Virus record (IMG/VR): IMGVR_UViG_3300025121_000066
Span: 1 to 54,276 of that record
DNA length: 54,276 nucleotides
Direction: 5' to 3' (one strand)
Source: a virus
Lineage: Duplodnaviria > Caudoviricetes
Positions 29,047 to 35,448 of this stretch are shown here, one piece after another. The position numbers and the translations under genes are program-made. The notes under the pieces were generated by a model, which did not search any database, was not told the DNA's origin, and was given only the letters and a program-made list of their open reading frames with translations. The stretch's first letter is position 1; each line of letters opens with the position of its first letter.

Positions 29047-29922
29047 TTAAATTTTCATTTTTCTTCCTTTGCCCCAACCTTTTTCCACCCAGTCAGTTAA
29101 TTCTTCTTTTTTAATTTTTTTATTTTCTTTTAATTTCTTATTATAAATCCAACAAGTACCAAATTGACTATTTTCTTTTCCAGTATATTTTCCTTTCAAT
29201 GATTTACTTGTTTTTAATCTTGATTCTAAACTATGTTTTTTTCCTTGGTTTATATAAACTAATTCACCTGATAAATATCTTGGGTCATCTACTGATACTT
29301 GATAATTATTATTATATTTATCTTTTACTGTTACCATTCCTTTAGAATGTCCTACTAATTCTTTTGATAAATATCTTGGATCATTTATCGGTACTTTTAA
29401 CGTATTACCTTCTTTATCTTTAACATTAACCATTCCCGTAAATATATAAACTAATTCACCTGATAAATATCTTGGGTCATCTACTGATACTTGATAATTA
29501 TTATTATCTTTATCTTTAACATTAACCATTCCCGTAAATATATAAACTAATTCACCTGATAAATATCTTGGGTCAGTTTTATGTATCATCTGTGTATTGC
29601 CGTTTTTATCTTTTACAGTAACTAAATTTTCGGTATTTAACCCCCACCCACCTAATGATATATTATATGTATCACCTCTTATAATGAATTCTTCATTTAC
29701 TAATTCTTTTTCTTTATTTAACATTTCAATTTCGTTATCAAAATTATAGAGAACTATCTTTTCAAAATTTTCCATACCAAATTCTTTAATTGCCTTTTTT
29801 ATGTTAGAACCAGAACCCATATATTTATCATTAATTCGTTCAGTAATATGAACTCCGATATAAATATTATCATTAATTTTATTAGTAATTTGATAAACTA
29901 CATAATGTTTCTTCTTTTTCAT
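29047..29922 (-). CDS. Seg-like GIY-YIG homing endonuclease with tandem ~32-33-aa repeats
   Basis: VVYQITNKINDNIYIGVH...YMGSG..IKKAIKEFG; four V.VKDK...DPRYLS.ELV repeats. Confidence 0.85.
   Translation of the reverse strand: MKKKKHYVVYQITNKINDNIYIGVHITERINDKYMGSGSNIKKAIKEFGMENFEKIVLYNFDNEIEMLNKEKELVNEEFIIRGDTYNISLGGWGLNTENLVTVKDKNGNTQMIHKTDPRYLSGELVYIFTGMVNVKDKDNNNYQVSVDDPRYLSGELVYIFTGMVNVKDKEGNTLKVPINDPRYLSKELVGHSKGMVTVKDKYNNNYQVSVDDPRYLSGELVYINQGKKHSLESRLKTSKSLKGKYTGKENSQFGTCWIYNKKLKENKKIKKEELTDWVEKGWGKGRKMKI
29250..29625. repeat. intragenic tandem repeat (~96-99 bp unit x4)
   Basis: TATATAAACTAATTCACCTGATAAATATCTTGGGTCA recurs near 29250, 29443 and 29540, with a diverged copy near 29350. 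Confidence 0.8.
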
Positions 29923-29969
29923 ATCTCAAACTATTTTACTTTTATATATAAAAGTTTGAGAATGGAATT

Positions 29970-30209
29970 TTATTTATTATTACTTCTATCTAAATCAAAA
30001 TTTTCAAATTGTTCCATTAAATTTTTAACTATTGGTAAATAATTAATAGAACTTTCTTTAGCATCTTTAAGAATTTTACTAAATTTTTCTTTTAATTCTC
30101 CTTCTTCCATTTTTTCATATCTTTCTAATATAGAAAAATATCCATACATTGATCCTATCTTATTTCTTAAATCAGCTACTAATTCATTTAACCTTGTGTG
30201 TTTTATCAT
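29970..30209 (-). CDS. hypothetical protein
   Basis: 79-aa ORF in minus-strand operon. Confidence 0.55.
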   Translation of the reverse strand: MIKHTRLNELVADLRNKIGSMYGYFSILERYEKMEEGELKEKFSKILKDAKESSINYLPIVKNLMEQFENFDLDRSNNK

Positions 30210-30610
30210 TATTTATTTATTTTAATATTGTTATCTATTTTAAAATCTTGTAACCATAATATAGCTGAAAATACATCACTAAATACTTTATATTCGTATC
30301 TATCTATTGTTAATGCATATAACATAGCTATTGGTGTATCAAATATTTTATCATTATTTTCTAAAATTAATGCTACTTTTATTGAATTAAATTTTTGTAA
30401 TATTCCTTCGATATATATTTTTACTAATTTTTTCTTTTCAGAATCAAAAATATATTCTGATGTTCTTATATAAATAATTGCTCTTAAATCAAGTGGTAAT
30501 TGGCTATGACCTATTTGTTCAAAGCTATTTTTCATTTGATCTGTAGTTATTTCATTTGTATAAACTATTTCTAATACTTTTTTCTTTATATTCCATTTTG
30601 ATGTTATCAT
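30209..30610 (-). CDS. hypothetical protein (possible STAS/SEC14-like alpha-beta fold)
   Basis: KVALIL...YKVFSDVFSAILWL C-terminal pattern. Confidence 0.5.
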   Translation of the reverse strand: MITSKWNIKKKVLEIVYTNEITTDQMKNSFEQIGHSQLPLDLRAIIYIRTSEYIFDSEKKKLVKIYIEGILQKFNSIKVALILENNDKIFDTPIAMLYALTIDRYEYKVFSDVFSAILWLQDFKIDNNIKINK

Positions 30611-30633
30611 AACATCAATATATATTAAAAGTA

Positions 30634-30873
30634 CTATTTTGATAAAATCATTTCTAAATAATCATCCTTATTTACGAACTTATTACGTTTAGGATAATCA
30701 CTTAAAATATTATCTTGTAGTTTCATTAAGAAAATAGTGAATTCATTTAAATCCATATCAGATATTGGGGTATTTAATTTTATTAGAAATTGACATTCAT
30801 TACTAATGAAATTAATATAAATAACTTTTCCATATTGTGTTAAGAATTCTTTTAATTTTTGCTTTATATCCAT
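30634..30873 (-). CDS. hypothetical protein
   Basis: 79-aa ORF. Confidence 0.5.
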   Translation of the reverse strand: MDIKQKLKEFLTQYGKVIYINFISNECQFLIKLNTPISDMDLNEFTIFLMKLQDNILSDYPKRNKFVNKDDYLEMILSK

Positions 30874-30875
30874 AA

Positions 30876-31148
30876 TTATTCCGGTTTATTAACTTTTATA
30901 AATGTTTTACATTTTTTAGGTATTACAAATGCATTAAATTTTTTACCATCACCTTCAAATGGTTGAAATCGTAATGCCATTCCAAATGACCAATTATCTA
31001 AACCTAATGGTATAGCATAATCACCAAAATATACAGCTTGTGATTCATCTACGTATTTTCCACCACTTTCTTTACAATTACATAATCTAAATCCATCTGA
31101 ATATATTCTAAATATATCATGACATTTTTTACAATATATTAATTTCAT
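30876..31148 (-). CDS. Zn-ribbon hypothetical protein
   Basis: MKLIYCKKCHD...CNCKESGG. Confidence 0.65.
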   Translation of the reverse strand: MKLIYCKKCHDIFRIYSDGFRLCNCKESGGKYVDESQAVYFGDYAIPLGLDNWSFGMALRFQPFEGDGKKFNAFVIPKKCKTFIKVNKPE

Positions 31149-31152
31149 AATA

Positions 31153-31184
31153 CAAAGATACTATATTAATAACTTAATTACAAA
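31153..31184 (-). promoter_or_regulatory. Bacteroidota-type promoter
   Basis: TTTG, 20-nt spacer, TATCTTTG on minus strand. Confidence 0.65.
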
Positions 31185-31241
31185 TTTATTTTTAAATGTT
31201 TACTTATATAGAATCAATTACATAGTAAAATAACTTCATTG

Positions 31242-31327
31242 TACCCTGAGTGGGATTTGAACCCACATAGTATATTTCAACTGCCAGTTCCTAAAACTGG
31301 TGCGTCTGCCGATTCCGCCACCAGGGC
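31242..31327 (-). tRNA. tRNA-Leu(TAG)
   Basis: GCCCTGG/TCAGGGT acceptor, CCAGT-TTTAGGA-ACTGG, long V arm, TTCAAAT T-loop. Confidence 0.92.
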
Positions 31328-31355
31328 ATTCATTTGTTATATTGTAACTTTGTTG

Positions 31356-31435
31356 TACCCAAGGTGGGACTTGAACCCACATACCTTTCGGCACTGGTTT
31401 CTTAGGCCAGCATGTCTGCGTTCCATCACTCGGGC
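31356..31435 (-). tRNA. tRNA-Leu(AAG), atypical
   Basis: CTGGC-CTAAGAA-ACCAG (C.A at 31-39), V arm TGCC-GAAA-GGTA, D-loop lacks GG. Confidence 0.75.
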
Positions 31436-31437
31436 AT

Positions 31438-31653
31438 TTATTTTATATTATAATCTCCCCACCATTTATGAACTGCATTGTAAGGAACTACATCTGCTTT
31501 TTGTCCTTCTTTTGGTTCATCGTAAAATTTTAAACACCAATATCCACTCTTATGTACTATATAAAATGTTACCCTATCATATGCATCATATTCTGTATAA
31601 CAATAATCGTCTGATACATGTCTTACACTTTTCCCATTTTTATATTTTGTCAT
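31438..31653 (-). CDS. hypothetical protein within tRNA region
   Basis: MTKYKNGK...; own promoter directly upstream. Confidence 0.55.
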   Translation of the reverse strand: MTKYKNGKSVRHVSDDYCYTEYDAYDRVTFYIVHKSGYWCLKFYDEPKEGQKADVVPYNAVHKWWGDYNIK

Positions 31654-31669
31654 AATTTCTAATTTTACA

Positions 31670-31701
31670 CAAAAATACAAAAAATTATTGAATTATACAA
31701 A
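31670..31701 (-). promoter_or_regulatory. Bacteroidota-type promoter
   Basis: TTTG, 20-nt spacer, TATTTTTG on minus strand. Confidence 0.6.
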
Positions 31702-31704
31702 ATA

Positions 31705-31738
31705 AAGAACACAATATATTAAGGTATATTGTGTTCTT
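31705..31738 (-). terminator. hairpin, probable terminator after tRNA-Gly
   Basis: AAGAACACAATATA-6nt-TATATTGTGTTCTT, 14-bp stem. Confidence 0.6.
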
Positions 31739-31742
31739 ATTG

Positions 31743-31817
31743 AGCATCGTGTCGGGTTCAAACCGACCCTATTCTGCGGTGGAAGCGCAGTGCCATAATC
31801 AACTAGGCGAACGATGC
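31743..31817 (-). tRNA. tRNA-Gly(TCC)
   Basis: GCATCGT/ACGATGC, U73, CTGCG-CTTCCAC-CGCAG; T-loop TTTGAAC, D-loop GA instead of GG. Confidence 0.85.
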
Positions 31818-32522
31818 ATTATATTCTTGTATTAAATTTTCATATGTTAATTTCTTTAATTGATTTCTATATCTTTGTCTTTCACTTCTACCATTTCCAT
31901 TATTTAAAGATCCAAATGTTTTTGTTAATGAATGACAACTAGGACACAATAAATCTAAATTTTCTTCTAAATTATTTTTACTATTTCCATCTTTATGTTC
32001 AACTTGTAAAGGAATTTTATTTGTATAAGGATTTATTTTATTCCATCCACATTCAGTACATTTGCTATTATATTTTTTAAATAAATATTTTCTTATATAT
32101 GTAGATAATCCACTTCCAGATATTCCATTTTCTTCACCATTTTTCCACCTTTTTATATATTCATTATATTCATAATCACATTGACATTTATCACTACAAT
32201 ATTTTTTTTGTCTTCCTTCTAAATTTTTATCACAACATACACAATTTTTAATTTTCTTTTTTTTCTTTTTATTATTAAAAGATGCTGAACAACTTTTACT
32301 ACAAAATTTTCTTTCGTCTCTATCACTTATAATTTCTGTTTGGCAATTTAAACAAAAAAATATTTTAGTTTCTTTATAATCACTACTTTTTATTCCTAAT
32401 CTAAAACACTTTGATCTAATTGATTGATTTGTAGTTTCAAATATATTAGCAATTTCATCATAAGTATAACCATTTGTAATATATTGAATTAATTCTTTTA
32501 TACTTTCTTCTGTCCATTTCAT
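31803..32522 (-). CDS. HNH homing endonuclease
   Basis: CTECG...LQVEHKDGNSKNNLEENLDLLCPSCH; N-terminal HTH and KFCSKSC Zn fingers; start reassigned to MKWTEE (longer ORF runs through tRNA genes). Confidence 0.88.
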   Translation of the reverse strand: MKWTEESIKELIQYITNGYTYDEIANIFETTNQSIRSKCFRLGIKSSDYKETKIFFCLNCQTEIISDRDERKFCSKSCSASFNNKKKKKKIKNCVCCDKNLEGRQKKYCSDKCQCDYEYNEYIKRWKNGEENGISGSGLSTYIRKYLFKKYNSKCTECGWNKINPYTNKIPLQVEHKDGNSKNNLEENLDLLCPSCHSLTKTFGSLNNGNGRSERQRYRNQLKKLTYENLIQEYNASFA

Positions 32523-32583
32523 AATTTTATATCTTTTTTTATTATATATAAAATTTGAGCGGTCTGTTTTTTTTAATTTTTTG

Positions 32584-32657
32584 AGCGAATGACGGGACTT
32601 GAACCCGCAAACCTTCTGCTTGGCAAGCAGACTATCTACCAATTGATATACATTCGC
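32584..32657 (-). tRNA. tRNA-Gly(GCC)
   Basis: GCGAATG/CATTCGC, U73, TCTGC-TTGCCAA-GCAGA, TTCAAGT. Confidence 0.92.
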
Positions 32658-32662
32658 GTTTG

Positions 32663-32753
32663 AGCAGGTAGTGAGATTCAAACTCACGTTGTAGGCATTA
32701 ATGCCATTTCTGGATTGGAAGTCCAGCGCCATCGACCACTAGGCGACACCTGC
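32663..32753 (-). tRNA. tRNA-Gly(TCC) with long variable arm
   Basis: GCAGGTG/TACCTGC, U73, CTGGA-CTTCCAA-TCCAG, V region AAATGGCATTAATGCCTACAAC. Confidence 0.85.
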
Positions 32754-32763
32754 AAAAATTTTA

Positions 32764-32891
32764 AAAAATGATTTAAATATTAGGGAAAATTATTATCGTC
32801 TTTAATTCCACATAGATTGCGATTCTACATGTATTTCCCTTTGTAAAGATTGAAATGAAAAATAGTAAACTATTAACATTAAATCATTTTT
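32764..32891 (-). ncRNA. putative structured RNA between tRNA-Met and tRNA-Gly
   Basis: 13-bp terminal stem AAAAATGATTTAA/TTAAATCATTTTT enclosing AGGGAAA/TTTCCCT and CATGTAGA/TCTATGTG stems. Confidence 0.4.
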
Positions 32892-32892
32892 G

Positions 32893-32975
32893 TTGCGACG
32901 ACTGGTTTCGAACCAGCGGTACCCGAAGGATCTTGGATATGAGCCAAGTGCAATTGACCACTCTGCCACGTCGCA
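32893..32975 (-). tRNA. tRNA with CAT anticodon (Met, or lysidine-Ile) and long variable arm
   Basis: TGCGACG/CGTCGCA, CTTGG-CTCATAT-CCAAG, V region ATCC-TTCG-GGTACC, TTCGAAA. Confidence 0.85.
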
Positions 32976-32980
32976 ATATT

Positions 32981-33160
32981 AAAGTCTTTTTGTCCATTTT
33001 CAGTGAAATACCATTACGTTTTTGGATTGGTCCTGCCGTAACTTATGTATCTTTACAATAAACATCAACTGCTGAATCAGTCTATAATGATGTAGTTTTT
33101 CCTGGCTTTACAAGATTTCTAACTCTTACATTACTGTTTATCTTCAAGCAAAAAGACTTT
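32981..33160 (-). ncRNA. putative 180-nt structured RNA
   Basis: 12-bp terminal stem AAAGTCTTTTTG/CAAAAAGACTTT; central ACATCA/TGATGT + ACTG/CAGT hairpin; fills the spacer exactly. Confidence 0.45.
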
Positions 33161-33166
33161 GTGTTT

Positions 33167-33904
33167 TTAAATTATTTTTAAATCTTTTAATTCTTTTCTT
33201 TTCCATATAAGTAATGGTTCTTTAAATTGTGACCATTTACATTCATCTAAATCTGTTTGATATCCTTTAACTTCTAAATATGTATTCCAATCATGAATAT
33301 AAAAATCGGGACAATATGTTGATTTTTTATCTTTTAAATTAATATATTTAAATCTTTTTTTATTACGTTCCCATTTTACATTTATATTATCCAAATATTT
33401 AGCAACGCCTAATTCCCAACTACCATCTACTTTAATAATTCCTGCTATTGGGCTAGTATAATCATATTTAGGTGCTCTTCCACATTTTACTTCCCATCCA
33501 TTATCATATCTTTCTAATATTTTTTTTCGGATTTTTTTACATCTAATTTCTTCTTTTTCAGGTGTCGATCCTAATCCAGATGATGTAAATCCTCCTTTAC
33601 GACTACCTTCTATATATGATTCATATTTATCTGGTGAAAGAATGTCTTTCATTTTTTTACCTTTATTCCATCCTTGACCTTTTCCTATATTTAATCTTCT
33701 ACGTCTTGGTCCTCTACTATCACAACTATTTACATGTTTTTCTATAGATGATTTTATTTCAAAATTACATTTTGGACATATAAATATTTTTTTATTTTGT
33801 TTTTCCAAATCTGTTTTTGTTCCAAACCCATCACAATAATTTTCGTGATTAGATTTACCAGCTTTATTTTTAAATTCTTTATTACATTTGCTACAATTAT
33901 ACAT
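33167..33904 (-). CDS. PD-(D/E)XK (TnsA-N-like) free-standing endonuclease with N-terminal Zn fingers
   Basis: GSWELGVAKYLD...YCPDFYI...YLEVKGY; CSKC..H..C and CPKC..H..C. Confidence 0.8.
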   Translation of the reverse strand: MYNCSKCNKEFKNKAGKSNHENYCDGFGTKTDLEKQNKKIFICPKCNFEIKSSIEKHVNSCDSRGPRRRRLNIGKGQGWNKGKKMKDILSPDKYESYIEGSRKGGFTSSGLGSTPEKEEIRCKKIRKKILERYDNGWEVKCGRAPKYDYTSPIAGIIKVDGSWELGVAKYLDNINVKWERNKKRFKYINLKDKKSTYCPDFYIHDWNTYLEVKGYQTDLDECKWSQFKEPLLIWKRKELKDLKII

Positions 33905-33971
33905 AATAACTATTATTTTTTATTATATATAAAAATCATACAGGTCTAAAATTACCACTTTAAATATACTG

Positions 33972-34056
33972 CGGAGGACAAGGGAATTGAACCCTCGGAT
34001 CGTGAGACCAGATATTTAGCAGATACCCGCAACTAACCAACATTTGCCTATCCTCC
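33972..34056 (-). tRNA. tRNA-Ser(GCT)
   Basis: GGAGGAT/GTCCTCC, G73, GGTAT-CTGCTAA-ATATC, long V arm. Confidence 0.9.
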
Positions 34057-34073
34057 TTTTGTGTTTATAGTTG

Positions 34074-34153
34074 TGGAACTGGTGGGATTCGAACCCACGT
34101 TTTCGACCCTGCGTGCAAGGCAGGCGCTTACGGCCAAACTGAGCTACAGCCCC
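34074..34153 (-). tRNA. tRNA-Ala(TGC)
   Basis: GGGGCTG/CAGTTCC with G3:U70, CCTGC-CTTGCAC-GCAGG, 9-nt variable region. Confidence 0.92.
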
Positions 34154-34445
34154 AAAACTGCTACTTTTTTTAAAGGAAATCAACAAAACCATTTGTGGAA
34201 TGTTGCGGAATTTCATCGTCATGCCAATTGTCATAATACTATACAACCGTGAGGATTTTAATACCCCTTCACCCCATATTTTAAAGTGAAGGATAATATA
34301 ACTTCTTCATCAGAAATCATATTACCTATTTAGATAACCTAAGTTCGGTCTACACCTCAAACGATATCAAACCCCCTGTAGGTTAGGTAATTTATCGTAC
34401 TTAGTTAAAAATACCGTGAATATTTCTATGTTGTCTAATACTTCG

Positions 34446-34518
34446 TACCTCGGGTGGAACTCGAATCCACAGTCGCAAGTTTAGAAAACTTGTGCTTTTT
34501 CCATTAAGCTACCAAGGC
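34446..34518 (-). tRNA. tRNA-Arg(TCT)
   Basis: GCCTTGG/CCGAGGT, CAAGT-TTTCTAA-ACTTG, TTCGAGT. Confidence 0.92.
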
Positions 34519-34536
34519 ATTTTTGTGTTTTTAGAG

Positions 34537-34622
34537 AACCCCATGCGAGACTCGAACTCGCATGTCATTTCCAATTACTCGTTTAACGACACTGTTTAGA
34601 AGACTGTTGAGAATAATGGGGC
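34537..34622 (-). ncRNA. rearranged tRNA-like RNA with TCT anticodon loop
   Basis: acceptor GCCCCAT/ATGGGGT and perfect T-arm GCGAG-TTCGAGT-CTCGC; no D-arm in normal position; 29-nt insert after anticodon arm. Confidence 0.7.
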
Positions 34623-34663
34623 TTGTGTTTTTATTGTACTTACATAGTAAGACAACTTCGTTG

Positions 34664-34736
34664 TACCCTTAACAAGATTCGAACTTGTACAAAAAATTTA
34701 GGAAATTAATATGCTTCTCCATTACATCATAAGGGC
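34664..34736 (-). tRNA. tRNA-Arg(CCT), weak anticodon stem (possibly degenerate)
   Basis: GCCCTTA/TAAGGGT, TTAAT-TTCCTAA-ATTTT (two T.T mismatches), TTCGAAT. Confidence 0.7.
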
Positions 34737-34742
34737 ATTTTG

Positions 34743-34815
34743 AACCCCCTATGAGATTTAAACTCATAACCTCTCGGGCCGTAACCGAGTGCTCCGTTCG
34801 TTAAGCTAAGGGGGC
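34743..34815 (-). tRNA. tRNA-Arg(ACG)
   Basis: GCCCCCT/AGGGGGT, CTCGG-TTACGGC-CCGAG; T-loop TTTAAAT, D-loop lacks canonical GG. Confidence 0.82.
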
Positions 34816-34847
34816 TTATGTTTTTCATAATTAATTTTATATTTTTG

Positions 34848-34921
34848 TCTAGGTGGCGGGCTACGATCCCACGACATCCACATCCCAAATGTGGCATTCT
34901 ACCTGGCTGAATTACACCTAG
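34848..34921 (-). tRNA. tRNA-Pro(TGG)
   Basis: CTAGGTG/CACCTAG, A73, CCACA-TTTGGGA-TGTGG. Confidence 0.9.
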
Positions 34922-34930
34922 AAAACACAC

Positions 34931-34946
34931 AATACGTCAAAGAACT
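34931..34946 (-). promoter_or_regulatory. boxA-like antitermination element
   Basis: AGTTCTTTGACGTATT; related copies at 35061-35076 and 35178-35191. Confidence 0.55.
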
Positions 34947-34975
34947 TTTCATTGATAAATCAATGAAACTTAATG

Positions 34976-35061
34976 CTGTCCAGGTAGGGTTCAAACCTAC
35001 AAATTCCTCACGGAACACCAGATCCAAAATCTGGCGCGTTTATCAATTCCGCCACTGGACA
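34976..35061 (-). tRNA. tRNA-Gln(TTG) with long variable arm
   Basis: TGTCCAG/CTGGACA (U1-A72), G73, CCAGA-TTTTGGA-TCTGG, V arm TTCC-GTGA-GGAA, Leu-like D-arm. Confidence 0.85.
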
Positions 35062-35079
35062 ATATTTTAAAGAACTAAT

Positions 35080-35095
35080 TGTTCCACGTGGAACA
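35080..35095. promoter_or_regulatory. parS: parS-like centromere palindrome
   Basis: perfect TGTTCCACGTGGAACA, identical to 25939-25954. Confidence 0.8.
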
Positions 35096-35100
35096 AGTTG

Positions 35101-35174
35101 GGTGATATGTGGGTTACGATCCCACTACCTTCTGCGCCACAAGCAGACACTCTACCGATTGAGCTAATACCACC
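35101..35174 (-). tRNA. tRNA-His(GTG)
   Basis: encoded G-1 and C73, TCTGC-TTGTGGC-GCAGA. Confidence 0.92.
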
Positions 35175-35202
35175 ATTTATTTTAAAGAACGTTTATAAAA
35201 AC

Positions 35203-35233
35203 AAAAAACCCGAAACTTTTTTTGGTTCCGGGT
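35203..35233 (-). terminator. attenuator terminator upstream of first tRNA
   Basis: ACCCGGAAC-8nt-GTTTCGGGT followed by TTTTTGTTTTT, lying between promoter and tRNA-His. Confidence 0.85.
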
Positions 35234-35305
35234 GTGTCTTATGGTTTTTTATATTTTATATGAAATTAATCATGTTTTATATAACTGTTTCCAATTAGAC
35301 ACACC
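35231..35305 (-). promoter_or_regulatory. antiterminator helix
   Basis: GGTGTGTCT (35297-35305) pairs AGACACACC (35231-35239), which overlaps the terminator 5' strand. Confidence 0.75.
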
Positions 35306-35371
35306 GCTTCTTCCTGCTGGACGACTGCCCTGTAGTTGATGCATTCTCATATGTCTATTTGTCATTGTCAT
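35270..35371 (-). CDS. leader peptide of the tRNA array (33 aa, MTMTNRHMRMHQLQGSRPAGRSGVSNWKQLYKT)
   Basis: manual translation; codons 6-23 all decodable by the downstream tRNAs; overlaps antiterminator. Confidence 0.8.
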   Translation of the reverse strand: MTMTNRHMRMHQLQGSRPAGRSGVSNWKQLYKT

Positions 35372-35448
35372 AATTTATATTTTGTTATTTTATTATATAT
35401 ATTTAATTATTTAAGTCTATTTTTTCCATTTTGAAATATTTATAGGTA

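Noticed and set aside
29250-29625. Repeats as a CRISPR array
   Set aside because: In-frame ~32-33-codon protein repeats within the GIY-YIG gene with no unique spacers; the same applies to repeats in 13065-14126
34300-34320. CTGATGA on the minus strand suggesting a hammerhead ribozyme
   Set aside because: No stem II followed by GAAA, and no matching stem III/UH site could be drawn
28813-35174. tmRNA, SRP RNA or suppressor tRNA / alternative genetic code
   Set aside because: No tmRNA termini with tag ORF, no SRP GGAA-loop motif, no CTA/TTA/TCA anticodon; long genes read intact in the standard code with TAA, TAG and TGA all used as stops
31239-35298. ORF-track entries 31239-31655, 32855-33061, 34016-34246, 34061-34252, 34727-34930, 35098-35298 and the first 70 codons of 31803-32732
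   Set aside because: They run through GC-rich tRNA genes or the attenuator and are shadow ORFs
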